Positions 8,775 to 19,080 of a DNA stretch of 64,000 bases are shown here, piece after piece. Both the position numbers and the translations under genes were made by a program. The notes below the pieces were generated by a model. It was not told the DNA's origin and did not search any database. It saw only the letters and a list, made by a program, of their open reading frames with translations. The DNA is taken from assembly GCF_964031245.1 (NCBI RefSeq), contig NZ_OZ035017.1:215402-279401 (forward strand). Reading direction: 5' to 3'. This DNA is from Rickettsiella endosymbiont of Miltochrista miniata (GTDB taxonomy: Bacteria > Pseudomonadota > Gammaproteobacteria > Diplorickettsiales > Diplorickettsiaceae). Every line of letters begins with the position of its first letter. Position 1 is the stretch's first letter.

Positions 8775-10210
8775 TGATAGGGGCTACTAAAAATAGAATT
8801 ATTAAAAAACCACTCGGTGTATTTAGTTTAGCCATGATGAATGTGATTGCTGTTGATAGTTTGCGTTCATTACCTATCGCTGCTCAATTTGGTTATGCCT
8901 TAATATTTTTTTATTTACTTGCCGCGGTGCTGTTTTTCATTCCGACGGCTTTAGTCACTGCGGAATTAGCCACTGCTTGGCCGAGCACAGGCGGTGCATA
9001 TATATGGATCCGTACTGCGTTTGGCGTGCGGTGGGGTTGGTTTGCGATTTGGTTACAATGGATATACAACGTGGTTTGGTATCCAACCATATTGTCTTTT
9101 GTAATAGCGGCATTTGCGTATTTAATTAATCCACAATTGGTACAACATAAAATATATCTTCTAAGTACGATATTAATTATCTGGTGGCTGGTTACGGCGT
9201 TAAGTTGCTTAGGCCTACGTGTTTCGAGCTGGCTGAGTAGTATCGGTGCTTTGGTAGGCACTTTAATTCCTATGCTTTTTATGATTGTGTTAGCTATCAT
9301 TTGGATTAAAAGCGCACGTCCGCTAGCGATACATTTTTCCTCATATTCGTTTTTCCCTAGTCTGAATAATTTTAATAACTTGGCTTTCTTAACGACTATT
9401 ATTTTTGGTTTGATGGGCTTAGAAATGTCTGCTGTACACGCAGGCGATGTCCATAATCCGCAGAAAGATTTTCCACGAGCTTTATTTTGGTCGGCAAGTT
9501 TAATATTGATAAGCTTGATACTAGGCTCTCTAGCTATAGCGCTTATTGTTCCAGCCAGTCAGCTTAGTATATTGTCTGGTTTAACAGAGGCTTATGTTGC
9601 TTTTTTTAATAGTTATCATTTGTCTTTTTTTATACCGATCGTTATTTCTTTAATTATTATTGGAAGTTTGTGTAGTATTTCAACTTGGGTAATAGGTCCT
9701 ACGCGAGGCTTACTGATTGCCACATTCGAGAGCCAAATAGCGGGCTTGCACTGGTTACTTAAGGTAAATCGATTTGGTGCCCCTGTAAGCTTATTGCTAG
9801 TTCAAGGCGTTCTAGTTTCCTTATTAACGAGTCTTTTTATACTGATCCCTAGTGTAAATGAGACCTATTGGTTATTAAGCGTTATGACGGCCCAATTGGC
9901 AGTGTTATTTTATATCTTTTTGTTTTTAACCGCGTTACGATTGCGATATAAAGAAGCCAGCAGAAGTCGTGCCTATCATATTCCAGGGGGCAATTGGGGG
10001 ATTTGGATAGTCAGCGGGGCGGGTTTAGTAGGCTGTTTGATTACATTTGTACTCGGATTTATCCCTCCTAGTGGTATCGAAGTGAGTAATCTATTAAAAT
10101 TTGATATGATTTTGTTAGGGGGGCTTTTGTTATTTTGCTTGCCACCTATTATCTGCGCCGGATGTGGTTTAGCTTTAAAGACTGAGAATAATAATCTTGC
10201 TAAAAGATAG
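8774..10210 (+). CDS. Amino acid/polyamine/organocation (APC) family permease (glutamate:GABA-antiporter-like)
   Basis: 478 aa with ~12 hydrophobic segments and N-terminal MNVIAVDSLRSLP, an APC-type signature region. Confidence 0.8.
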   Translation: MIGATKNRIIKKPLGVFSLAMMNVIAVDSLRSLPIAAQFGYALIFFYLLAAVLFFIPTALVTAELATAWPSTGGAYIWIRTAFGVRWGWFAIWLQWIYNVVWYPTILSFVIAAFAYLINPQLVQHKIYLLSTILIIWWLVTALSCLGLRVSSWLSSIGALVGTLIPMLFMIVLAIIWIKSARPLAIHFSSYSFFPSLNNFNNLAFLTTIIFGLMGLEMSAVHAGDVHNPQKDFPRALFWSASLILISLILGSLAIALIVPASQLSILSGLTEAYVAFFNSYHLSFFIPIVISLIIIGSLCSISTWVIGPTRGLLIATFESQIAGLHWLLKVNRFGAPVSLLLVQGVLVSLLTSLFILIPSVNETYWLLSVMTAQLAVLFYIFLFLTALRLRYKEASRSRAYHIPGGNWGIWIVSGAGLVGCLITFVLGFIPPSGIEVSNLLKFDMILLGGLLLFCLPPIICAGCGLALKTENNNLAKR

Positions 10211-10216
10211 ACGAGG

Positions 10217-10666
10217 TTGCTTATGATAAGCGCATTAGAAATCCATGGCGTGCCTATCGAGTGTATTAATCAAGCGGCGATAGCTTACCATGTTCCAGCT
10301 ACTTTAATTCTTTCCGTTTTAGCGGTAGAAAATGGCAAAAAAGGTTCTGCTTCCCCTAATCGAAATGGGACTTTCGATTATGGCCCTATGCAAATTAATT
10401 CAATTTGGTTATCGAAAATTCGCCTCTATGGTTATACTCAACATCAGTTGCAATATGATCCTTGTATCAATGTCAAAGTAGGGACTTGGATATTAAGCCA
10501 ACAGATTGCAAATGATACTTCAAGCCCTTGGCGAGGCGTGGGCAGTTATCATTCACATTCTTATCAATTAAATCATAATTATCAAATCAAAGTTTCTGAA
10601 GTGTATCACTTATTAGCTAATTATTTATCCCATCCGAATGAATCCTCGGCATTACCTATGGCTTAA
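10217..10666 (+). CDS. Small lytic transglycosylase of the IagB/IpgF family (SLT domain)
   Basis: Matches IagB motifs: DYGPMQINSIWL, LQYDPCINVKVGTWIL, WRGVGSYHS. Confidence 0.75.
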   Translation: MLMISALEIHGVPIECINQAAIAYHVPATLILSVLAVENGKKGSASPNRNGTFDYGPMQINSIWLSKIRLYGYTQHQLQYDPCINVKVGTWILSQQIANDTSSPWRGVGSYHSHSYQLNHNYQIKVSEVYHLLANYLSHPNESSALPMA

Positions 10667-10699
10667 GATTTATATTGGATTTCTTGGATTTGAGTCGAT

Positions 10700-12052
10700 A
10701 TGCAAAGGTTTTTTTATCTCTGCTTTTTACTAAGTAGTCGAATCGTCGAAAAGACCAAAAAAAAGATAATCAACTTAGATAATGAACGTCTAGCGATTGG
10801 CCTTATTTCAATATTAGGTTTGGGCTTGTTACTTCCGCTACTTGTTATTGCGCCGGGCCTATTTGAATCGGAATGGTTTTTAAATTTATTAACCGTTCCA
10901 GCCGAGTATGGAAGCTTCGTAGCCGATGGCGCCTATTTAGGTCGATTATGGAATCTGTTTACTGCGCGTCCCTACGCCGGTGAGAAGACAAGGATTAGAA
11001 ACTTTCTCAGTCGAGAAGTCATAATAAATCGGCAAATAGGCTATGCTGAAAAATTATTTACTCCTATTGGTATGCTGTTAGGGGTTAGTTTAGGAACTTT
11101 TTGTCTTTGCTTGCATGCGGTTATTCCTTTTTGGGAAACGTTTTCCTATTTCGCGTATATTTTGTTTATTTTAGGTTATGCCTGTGCTTTGGGCGGGTTA
11201 TTTAATCGTTTGGCAAGCTCGTTTGATGGAACGCGCTTAAAACAGGAAAAGTTGGCGATTTTTATAGGAGTAGTTTTAGGTTTAATCATTGCCTTAAGTT
11301 TATTTAACGTATTAATGCTGACTGGAACTATGCCTTTTGTTGCAGTAATAGGCATTAGTAAACCATTCATTGATCTTTTGTTGTTACATAAATTTCTTTT
11401 TGCATTACCTTTCGTATTAAGTTTGACGAGTCTAACAACGTCTTGTTTTGATTATTTTGCCAAAGCCTATTGCTTTTTAAAGTATACATGCGGTACCGAA
11501 GCTGAATCCATTAAAGAACGTATACAATCGCGTTATTATGAATATAAGACTGCTTTTTTAGGTATTAGTTTCGGTTGTTTGTTGGCTTTAGGTATCACCA
11601 CAGGTTTATGCTTAGCAGGAAGTTTAGTTGCCCCGCCCATAGCCATTGCTGCTACTATTTTCGCTACCATTATTATTTCTAATAATGTATTAGCAGCACT
11701 TTTTTCAAGATTGGGTCGTCTTATTGATGGAGTTAAACGTGTTTCCACTACTCTAAATGCAGACTTTTGCCAAAAAGAGCTTTCACAAATAGAAGACGAG
11801 TCTAGACGTATTAAAGAAAGTTGTTTAACTTTAAAAAGAAGATCCTCATTATTTGCGTTACACCTATCTAGCTGCCCAGCTAAAAATCGAGATATCAATG
11901 ATAATGAAATTAGATTTCAATTAAAGCGCACACAAAGTAGTCCGACTTTTTTTTCTCTTTATAACCCAAAACAGGAAGTAGATACTGATAATGAACTGTT
12001 TTTAAACCATACTTTATCTGGTTCCAAGTCCTTATCAAATTTAGTAGCTTAA
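10700..12052 (+). CDS. Hypothetical polytopic membrane protein (orphan; effector-like C-terminus)
   Basis: 450 aa with multiple hydrophobic segments, no recognisable domain, and a polar C-terminal tail. Confidence 0.5.
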   Translation: MQRFFYLCFLLSSRIVEKTKKKIINLDNERLAIGLISILGLGLLLPLLVIAPGLFESEWFLNLLTVPAEYGSFVADGAYLGRLWNLFTARPYAGEKTRIRNFLSREVIINRQIGYAEKLFTPIGMLLGVSLGTFCLCLHAVIPFWETFSYFAYILFILGYACALGGLFNRLASSFDGTRLKQEKLAIFIGVVLGLIIALSLFNVLMLTGTMPFVAVIGISKPFIDLLLLHKFLFALPFVLSLTSLTTSCFDYFAKAYCFLKYTCGTEAESIKERIQSRYYEYKTAFLGISFGCLLALGITTGLCLAGSLVAPPIAIAATIFATIIISNNVLAALFSRLGRLIDGVKRVSTTLNADFCQKELSQIEDESRRIKESCLTLKRRSSLFALHLSSCPAKNRDINDNEIRFQLKRTQSSPTFFSLYNPKQEVDTDNELFLNHTLSGSKSLSNLVA

Positions 12053-12134
12053 ATTAAGGTTTAGTTGCGTGGGATAGTTTATATTAAGGCATTCGAGATG
12101 CTGGGGCGGTCGTCCCATTAGCGAGAGTGAGTTT

Positions 12135-13115
12135 ATGCGCGTTTTAATCATAAAAATGTCCTCAATGGGCGATATTATTCATACATTACCTGCAGTTAGT
12201 GATGCGACTCAGGCTGTTTCGAATATTCAATTTGATTGGGTAGTGGAAGAGGCCTTTACAGAAATTCCTAAATGGCATAAACAAGTTAAACAAATCATTC
12301 CCATCGCACTACGGCGTTGGCGAAAAAATCCTTGGCAATCAGCCAAAAATGGAGAAGTAAAACAATTTTATAAACAATTACGCGCCCAGGAATACGATAT
12401 TGTTTTAGATGCGCAAGGCTCCATCAAAAGCGCGATTACTGCGCGCCTAAGTCGAGGTTGTCGCTTTGGTATGGATAAGCATTCGGTTCGAGAAAGTTTG
12501 GCCTATCTGGCGTACCAGCAAACCTTTTCTGTGCCCTGGCAGCAACATGCCATTGATCGTTTGCGCCAATTATTTGCTAAAGCCTTAAACTATCCTCTAC
12601 TAGAAACGCTGCCCGATTATGGCATTAATAAAGGAAAATTAAGCCAAACTAAAATAGAATTACCAAATGATTATCTGGTCTTTATACCCAATACCAGTTG
12701 TTCAAGTAAACATTGGCCCAATCATTCCTGGGCTTTACTCATAGAAGAAATGACTCGTCAGGGAGTGAGCGTTTTTATTCCTTGGGGAAATGAAAATGAA
12801 AGAAAAAATGCTAATCAGTTGGCTAATAAAAATCCTCTAGCACATGTGTTACCTTATTTGAGTCTCAACGAATTGGCAGCAGTTTTAGCGAATGCTAAAG
12901 CCGTTGTTGCAGTAGATACAGGATTAAGTCATCTGTCTGCAGCTTTGGAGATTCCTACGATGGTTCTATATGGTCCTACTAACGCTTCATTGATAGGAAC
13001 CATAGGTCCTTCACAATGCCATATCAAAATGGCAGCGGGTAACAGCAAGCAAGATAATAATACCATGGTCTTAAAAAAAATAACCGACAATTTGCGGCGC
13101 ATTTTGACACTTTAA
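12135..13115 (+). CDS. waaC: ADP-heptose:LPS heptosyltransferase I
   Basis: N-terminus MRVLIIKMSSMGDIIHTLPAVSDA, and C-terminal AVDTGLSHLSAALEIPTMVLYGPT glycosyltransferase family 9 motifs. Confidence 0.8.
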   Translation: MRVLIIKMSSMGDIIHTLPAVSDATQAVSNIQFDWVVEEAFTEIPKWHKQVKQIIPIALRRWRKNPWQSAKNGEVKQFYKQLRAQEYDIVLDAQGSIKSAITARLSRGCRFGMDKHSVRESLAYLAYQQTFSVPWQQHAIDRLRQLFAKALNYPLLETLPDYGINKGKLSQTKIELPNDYLVFIPNTSCSSKHWPNHSWALLIEEMTRQGVSVFIPWGNENERKNANQLANKNPLAHVLPYLSLNELAAVLANAKAVVAVDTGLSHLSAALEIPTMVLYGPTNASLIGTIGPSQCHIKMAAGNSKQDNNTMVLKKITDNLRRILTL

Positions 13116-13209
13116 TTAATTTAGACTACATAATTTTTGTTCTCTAAATGTTATATTTTTTGACAAACAGAGCAATTTTTAATTTTATCGGCGCATCTAA
13201 ATGTTAATA

Positions 13210-13333
13210 TATACTCACAGCAATGGGATTTTTGGCAAGGCGCGGCGAAAATGAAGCAACCGGAATGTATTAACATACATGAGGATTGCGAGTTGAGCCG
13301 CAACACAGACAAAAATGCAAGTGCGAAGAGTAT
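13210..13333. repeat. Repeat family A copy 2 (contains in-frame ATG at 13251)
   Basis: About 90% identical to 8170-8293 with the same termini. Lies between waaC stop and the conserved PriA N-terminus. Confidence 0.7.
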
Positions 13334-15365
13334 ACTAAAAATTGCTATTCCAGCCCCTCTACATCAATATTTTGAGTATTTGGCTCCAACTGACTTTCCA
13401 TTAACGCAATTAAAAAAAGGGTTACGTGTATTGGTTCCTTTCGGTAATAAGGAAAAAATTGGTTTTTTAATGGAAATTAGTGAAGAATCAATTTGGCCAA
13501 AATCTCAGCTCAAACAAGCACTTGCAATTCTTGATGAGGTCCCGCTTTTACCAGATTCTATCCAAGAGTTATTAGAATGGACAAGTCGTTACTATCATTG
13601 TCCTATCGGAGAAGTATTTGCTAATGCCATGCCGCATGCATTGCGTACGGGAAAAGAGACTAAAAAGCTTAAAAATCCCATTAAGAAACTGACTGAAAAA
13701 ATTAACAAAGGGGATGAGCCCATTGTTGCTACTGCGAATAATTTAAATTTACTGAAACAAATTCGATTAAATACGCATCAGCAACAGGCTATTAAGACTA
13801 TTGTTAATTCCTTAGATAAGTTTCAGGCTTTTCTTTTAAATGGCGTGACAGGAAGTGGAAAAACAGAAGTTTATTTGGAGGTGATACAAGCCGTACTTGA
13901 GCGCGGCAAACAAGCATTGGTATTAGTTCCAGAAATCGGTTTAACACCACAAATGTTAGCGCGATTTCGCAATCGTTTTTCAGTTCCTTTGGTATTGTTT
14001 CATTCTAAATTAACCGATAAGCAGCGCTTAGAAAATTGGTTACTCGCTAAATCAGGTAAAGCATCTATTATCATAGGTACCCGCTCAGCTTTATTTACGC
14101 CTTTATTAGATCCGGGCGTTATCATCATCGATGAAGAACATGATAGTTCTTTTAAACAGCAAACAGGTTTGCGCTATCACGCGCGAGATTTAGCCTTAGT
14201 TCGCGGCCGTTTAGAACATATACCGGTAGTGTTGGGTTCAGCGACAGCATCTTTAGAAAGCATTTTTAATGCCAACCAAAATCGTTATCAAATATTGCAT
14301 TTACCTGATAGAGCAGGATCGGCCGTCCAGCCTACATTTCATTTTATTGATTTACGTCACCAAAAACTTGATCAAGGTTTTTCTCCAGCATTGTTACAAA
14401 CCATGGAAAAACATTTGCAAAAGCAAGGCCAAGTACTTTTATTTTTAAATCGACGTGGCTTTTCACCGGTTACCATTTGTCATGACTGCGGTTGGACAGC
14501 CGATTGTTCGCGTTGCGAACAAAAAATGAATTTTCATAAAAAGCCGGCTCACTTACAATGTCATTATTGTGGCTATCGGCGTCCCTTAGATACCTGCTGT
14601 CCTGCATGCCAAGGTCAACAATTGCTTGCTTTAGGTCAAGGTACACAACGTCTGGAGCAAACCCTGCAAAAATATTTTCCTGACATCGGAATTGTTCGAA
14701 TTGATCGGGATAATACGCAACGTAAAGGAAGCTTAGATAAGTTATTGAAAAATATACATGAAGGTGAAAGTCAGATTTTGATTGGAACACAAATGTTGGC
14801 GAAAGGGCATCATTTTCCAAATGTTACCTTAGTGGGTATTTTAGAAGCAGATAGTGGTTTGTTTAATGCAGATTTTCGTGCCTTGGAACGTACCGGCCAA
14901 TTATTAACACAAGTAGCAGGCCGATCAGGACGGGCCGATAAATCTGGAGAGGTATGGATACAAACCTATCATCCAGAGCATCCTTTGTTAAATCATTTGT
15001 TAGAACAAGGTTATCTTAGTTTTAGCGAAATACTATTACACGAAAGACGAGCCTCTTTATTACCTCCTTATAGTTATTTGGCACTAATGCATGCCGAATC
15101 CATAAACTCAGTTTATCCATTTGATTTTTTAAATGAGGTAAAAAATCAGGCTGAATTAGTTGGGAAAGAAGTCAGCCTACTAGGGCCAGTTCCTTCCTTA
15201 CACCCTCGTCGGGCAGGCTATTATCGTTGCCAACTACTGTTGCAGGCAAAACGGCGTAATGCTTTACAGGGTTTATTAGAGCAAATTATTAAACCCATTA
15301 GTCTTCTTGCCAGTAGCCGTCGGGTTCGTTGGTCGCTGGATGTCGATCCCATCGAGCTTTTTTGA
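13251..15365 (+). CDS. priA: Primosomal protein N' (PriA helicase). The first 28 codons are encoded by repeat family A; the conserved PriA body begins at ...ILKIAIPAPL with no canonical start codon at that point.
   Basis: DEAD/H helicase motifs (GVTGSGKTEVY, DEEH), the Cys4 zinc-binding region (CHDCGW...CSRCEQ...CHYCGY...CPAC), and a conserved C-terminal domain. Confidence 0.93.
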   Translation: MKQPECINIHEDCELSRNTDKNASAKSILKIAIPAPLHQYFEYLAPTDFPLTQLKKGLRVLVPFGNKEKIGFLMEISEESIWPKSQLKQALAILDEVPLLPDSIQELLEWTSRYYHCPIGEVFANAMPHALRTGKETKKLKNPIKKLTEKINKGDEPIVATANNLNLLKQIRLNTHQQQAIKTIVNSLDKFQAFLLNGVTGSGKTEVYLEVIQAVLERGKQALVLVPEIGLTPQMLARFRNRFSVPLVLFHSKLTDKQRLENWLLAKSGKASIIIGTRSALFTPLLDPGVIIIDEEHDSSFKQQTGLRYHARDLALVRGRLEHIPVVLGSATASLESIFNANQNRYQILHLPDRAGSAVQPTFHFIDLRHQKLDQGFSPALLQTMEKHLQKQGQVLLFLNRRGFSPVTICHDCGWTADCSRCEQKMNFHKKPAHLQCHYCGYRRPLDTCCPACQGQQLLALGQGTQRLEQTLQKYFPDIGIVRIDRDNTQRKGSLDKLLKNIHEGESQILIGTQMLAKGHHFPNVTLVGILEADSGLFNADFRALERTGQLLTQVAGRSGRADKSGEVWIQTYHPEHPLLNHLLEQGYLSFSEILLHERRASLLPPYSYLALMHAESINSVYPFDFLNEVKNQAELVGKEVSLLGPVPSLHPRRAGYYRCQLLLQAKRRNALQGLLEQIIKPISLLASSRRVRWSLDVDPIELF

Positions 15366-15437
15366 TTAATAATACTTCTTTTGCAAGGAGGAAAGGTCTA
15401 GAATACCGACAATAATGACCTAAAAAGTAATCTGTTT

Positions 15438-16952
15438 ATGACTATACCCAAAGAATTTCAAGCTGTGGTTAGGCGCACGAGGACGAACGAGCGCAATGTA
15501 TACGGAATACATGAGCACGTGAGTACCGATGTGCAACAACACCACAGCTTGAAAGGCGAAGCGTATATTAGTGTGTTTGATTTGTTCTCAATTGGTATAG
15601 GCCCATCGAGCTCGCATACCGTAGGCCCTATGAAAGCAGCCTGCGCTTTTGTGGAAAATCTGGCGCTTGATTTTGAATTATTTAATGAAATTAGCCGTTT
15701 ACAGGTTGAGCTGTTTGGTTCGCTAGCGCTAACTGGCCGCGGTCATGGCACGGATGTTGCAATTTTAAATGGCCTTGAAGGACAACTTCCTGAAACAGTC
15801 ATTCCCGATGAGGTTGTTCCGCGCGCCAAGTCAATTATTGAAAGTGGTAAAATTCAGCTGGCAGGGAAAAAATTTATCTCATTTTCTGAGAAAACAGACC
15901 TATTATTTCTACAAAAAGCATTGCTACCATTGCATACCAATGGTATGCGTTTTAGTGCCTTTAATACCCAAGGTGTTCTATTAAGTAGTCAAATTTATTA
16001 CTCTATCGGTGGTGGTTTTATTGTCACTGAACAAGAGTTTGGCCAGCAATATAAAGATGCTGTTCCAGTATCTTATCCCTTCTCTACAGCCAGTGAGTTG
16101 TTTAATGCCTGTAAAAAAAATAACTTAACGATTTCGGAGCTAATGTTGGCTAATGAACAACAATTAGCACCCGATAGAGATGTACGCACTGATTTATTGA
16201 AAATAGCCGATACCATGCAAACCTGCGTGGATAGCGGTTGTCATGCTCAGGGAATATTACCCGGCGAGCTTAATGTCAAACGTCGGGCACCGGAACTTTT
16301 CAGAAAAATGAATGATAAAACCACTTCGAAATTAGCGGCGTTTCCAGGGGCATTATTGTGGCCAACCATTTACGCGATGGCAGTTAATGAGGAAAATGCT
16401 GCTGGAGGTCGTGTGGTGACGGCGCCAACTAATGGGGCGGCAGGTATTATTCCGGCGGTATTAACTTATTATCGCCGTTTTTATGAAGATGTCAGTGAAC
16501 AATCGATCACTAATTTTTTATTAACTGCAGGTGCTATCGCTTTACTTTATAAAATGAATGCATCGATATCCGGTGCAGAAGTGGGTTGTCAGGGTGAAGT
16601 CGGTGTGGCTTGCTCTATGGCCGCAGGAGCATTGACGGCAGTTTTAGGCGGCACGTTAGAACAAATAGAAAATGCCGCGGAAATGGCGATGGAACATCAT
16701 TTGGGATTAACTTGCGATCCAGTAGCGGGCTTAGTTCAAATTCCCTGTATCGAACGCAATGGTGTCGGTGCGGAAAAGGCGATTAAATTGGCTTATTTAG
16801 CGTTAATGGAGGATGGGAAAAATAAAAAAGTATCCTTAGATAAAGTCATCGAAACCATGTTTGCCACTGGAAAAGATATGATGGCTATTTACAAAGAAAC
16901 CTCTTTAGGTGGTTTGGCAAAGACACTCGCTGTTAATATCACGGAATGTTAG
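15438..16952 (+). CDS. sdaA: L-serine dehydratase (single-chain, Fe-S). The conserved body starts at ...[22 protein letters not shown], so the ORF's first ~45 codons may be an extension or the true start is an in-frame GTG/TTG.
   Basis: SdaA N-terminal signature and the C-terminal alpha-domain GxCQGEVG motif. Confidence 0.88.
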   Translation: MTIPKEFQAVVRRTRTNERNVYGIHEHVSTDVQQHHSLKGEAYISVFDLFSIGIGPSSSHTVGPMKAACAFVENLALDFELFNEISRLQVELFGSLALTGRGHGTDVAILNGLEGQLPETVIPDEVVPRAKSIIESGKIQLAGKKFISFSEKTDLLFLQKALLPLHTNGMRFSAFNTQGVLLSSQIYYSIGGGFIVTEQEFGQQYKDAVPVSYPFSTASELFNACKKNNLTISELMLANEQQLAPDRDVRTDLLKIADTMQTCVDSGCHAQGILPGELNVKRRAPELFRKMNDKTTSKLAAFPGALLWPTIYAMAVNEENAAGGRVVTAPTNGAAGIIPAVLTYYRRFYEDVSEQSITNFLLTAGAIALLYKMNASISGAEVGCQGEVGVACSMAAGALTAVLGGTLEQIENAAEMAMEHHLGLTCDPVAGLVQIPCIERNGVGAEKAIKLAYLALMEDGKNKKVSLDKVIETMFATGKDMMAIYKETSLGGLAKTLAVNITEC

Positions 16953-16979
16953 CTATTCTTTTTCTATTTAAAAAAGCCT

Positions 16980-17080
16980 GTCATGGCGAGGCCGAAACGT
17001 CAGTGAGGCTGTGGCCATCCAGAAAAAATTAAGTTTTTCATTGGATTGCCGCGCGCTACGCGCTCGCAATGACGAAAAAT
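16980..17080. repeat. Repeat family B copy 1 (~101 nt; terminal inverted repeats GTCATGGCGAG...CTCGCAATGAC; internal GC hairpin)
   Basis: About 85% identical to 53257-53359. Located in the 3' intergenic region after sdaA. Confidence 0.65.
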
Positions 17081-17166
17081 AATTAAAAATTATTCTTTCG
17101 ATTTAATTATTGTTTAATAAAAAGCAGATAGCATAAAGATTGTCTTAGTTTAAGAGAACAATCATT

Positions 17167-18210
17167 ATGCCGAAGAAAAAAAATAAAAACCAAAATCAAA
17201 ATCCTTTTGAAAGCTTGGCCAAGACTATTTTAGCTAATACACAGAAAGCTTTTTACTTCGGGGCTAGTAATAAAGGTTCTACTCCGCATAGTAGTATTCA
17301 GGCTAGGTTTATTCTTGAAAAAATTGATCCTTTAATCGAGAAGGATAACTTTTTTGAAAGTAAATTGAAAAGAATCCCTTTTCGGTCTCGGTCAAAAATA
17401 AACGATATACGTCAAGAATATATTGAAGAAAAAAATATTTTGTTGGGTCTCGGATTCTTAAGCTTTTTTTATGATTATTCTACATTAAAGAAACAATTTG
17501 AAAATGAAAAGAAAGTAGATTGGGAAGATAATTGGCTTGACGATTTAAAGGATTTAAAGTTGATCTGGGCTAACTCTTACTTAGAGCAATATCGTAATGA
17601 GCATAATAAAAATCTCTTTTCAATTGAGGATGCTCAGACATACGATAATTTACGGCTCTTTGGAGTCCCAGATATAGGTAATGAGCGGAAAATTTATTAT
17701 AAACGTACTTTTTTTGATTTAAAAGCAGCTACCTTGCATGGCACAGGGGCTTGTGAGCTGATGGCTGAATTTGCTCTGTTTGAAGCAATACGTATGAGTG
17801 AAACCTTAGCCTGTCCTATCCATTATATTAGATTTCTAAGTAAAGAATATGAAGAGATAAATGCTATTGCGTTAGGAAATTGGCCTAATGAAGATTGTTT
17901 GGTTGTTTGTCCCTGGCTTGATAAAGGTGAAAACTTTATTTGGAAAAAAGATTTACAAACAACAAGATTTTCAAATTATCCAGAGAATGATATTAAAATC
18001 ATATTTAAAATTTTTCCTGGTACTGAAATGAATGAATGGAGGAAAGCATTAGCAACGTTTGATTTTCTTGCTGACACCGAGGAAAAACGAACCATAAAAA
18101 ACAGGGTTGAGAAATTAAGTGAGAAATATCAAAAGGCTTTTAAAGATCTCTTTATAAAAGAAAATGACGCTGAAATTAATTCTATGCCGATTAGAAGATT
18201 AGGTAGATAG
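17167..18210 (+). CDS. Hypothetical protein with Lys/Asn-rich N-terminus (orphan; effector-like)
   Basis: 347 aa, AT-rich codon usage, no recognisable domain. Confidence 0.5.
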   Translation: MPKKKNKNQNQNPFESLAKTILANTQKAFYFGASNKGSTPHSSIQARFILEKIDPLIEKDNFFESKLKRIPFRSRSKINDIRQEYIEEKNILLGLGFLSFFYDYSTLKKQFENEKKVDWEDNWLDDLKDLKLIWANSYLEQYRNEHNKNLFSIEDAQTYDNLRLFGVPDIGNERKIYYKRTFFDLKAATLHGTGACELMAEFALFEAIRMSETLACPIHYIRFLSKEYEEINAIALGNWPNEDCLVVCPWLDKGENFIWKKDLQTTRFSNYPENDIKIIFKIFPGTEMNEWRKALATFDFLADTEEKRTIKNRVEKLSEKYQKAFKDLFIKENDAEINSMPIRRLGR

Positions 18211-18249
18211 TATCATAAAATATTTCCTTTTTTACTATGATTTTTTGGG

Positions 18250-19080
18250 CTATTTCCTTCTTAAGGATCGCGCTTTATAAAGAGCACGCAAGGTTAAAAT
18301 GGGACCGGAAAGGGCATAGCAGAAAAAGATCAAAAATAATATTTTGGGTGGATCCAATGAAATGCCTACAAAAGCTAACACAACCAATAAAATAGCGACA
18401 AAAGGTACACGTCCTTTAAGGTCAATTTCTTTAAAGGAGTAATAACGGACATTACTGACCATCAAGATAGCAATGATGATCGCTAATACAGCGGTCATCA
18501 TGCTAACACCATTACCCAAGATTTCTGAGTCAACACATAGCCACACCATACTGGCTAACACACCCGCTGCGGCAGGAATAGGTAATCCTTGAAAATACCG
18601 TTTATCGGCTACCGATACCTGTGTATTGAAACGTGCTAAACGTAATGCCCCAGCCGCTGCAAATATAAATGCGGCTAACCAACCTAATTTACCTAGGCCT
18701 TCTAAAGACCAACTATAAATAACCAGCGCGGGTGCGACGCCAAAAGAAACCATATCTGATAAACTATCTAATTCAGCACCAAAAGCGCTTTGTGTATTGG
18801 TTAGGCGTGCAACACGACCGTCAAAAAAATCCATAATCATGGCAACAAAAATAGCAACGGCCGCATAATTAAAATAACCTTCCATGGCCGTGACAATGGC
18901 ATAAAAACCTGCGAATAAACCGGCGATGGTAAATAAATTGGGTAGTAAATAAATTCCACGCCGACGGTAAGCTAATCTTTCGCCCTCTTCATGATCACCA
19001 TGGTTACTCGCTTTATCCTCAGAAGTAGCCAATTTTTCTTCAATGGGCTGGAAAAGTTTTGCGTCATTTAAATTGTTCAT
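18250..19080 (-). CDS. pssA: CDP-diacylglycerol--serine O-phosphatidyltransferase
   Basis: CDP-alcohol phosphatidyltransferase motif (DGRVAR...G...D...D) and multiple TM segments. Confidence 0.85.
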   Translation of the reverse strand: MNNLNDAKLFQPIEEKLATSEDKASNHGDHEEGERLAYRRRGIYLLPNLFTIAGLFAGFYAIVTAMEGYFNYAAVAIFVAMIMDFFDGRVARLTNTQSAFGAELDSLSDMVSFGVAPALVIYSWSLEGLGKLGWLAAFIFAAAGALRLARFNTQVSVADKRYFQGLPIPAAAGVLASMVWLCVDSEILGNGVSMMTAVLAIIIAILMVSNVRYYSFKEIDLKGRVPFVAILLVVLAFVGISLDPPKILFLIFFCYALSGPILTLRALYKARSLRRK

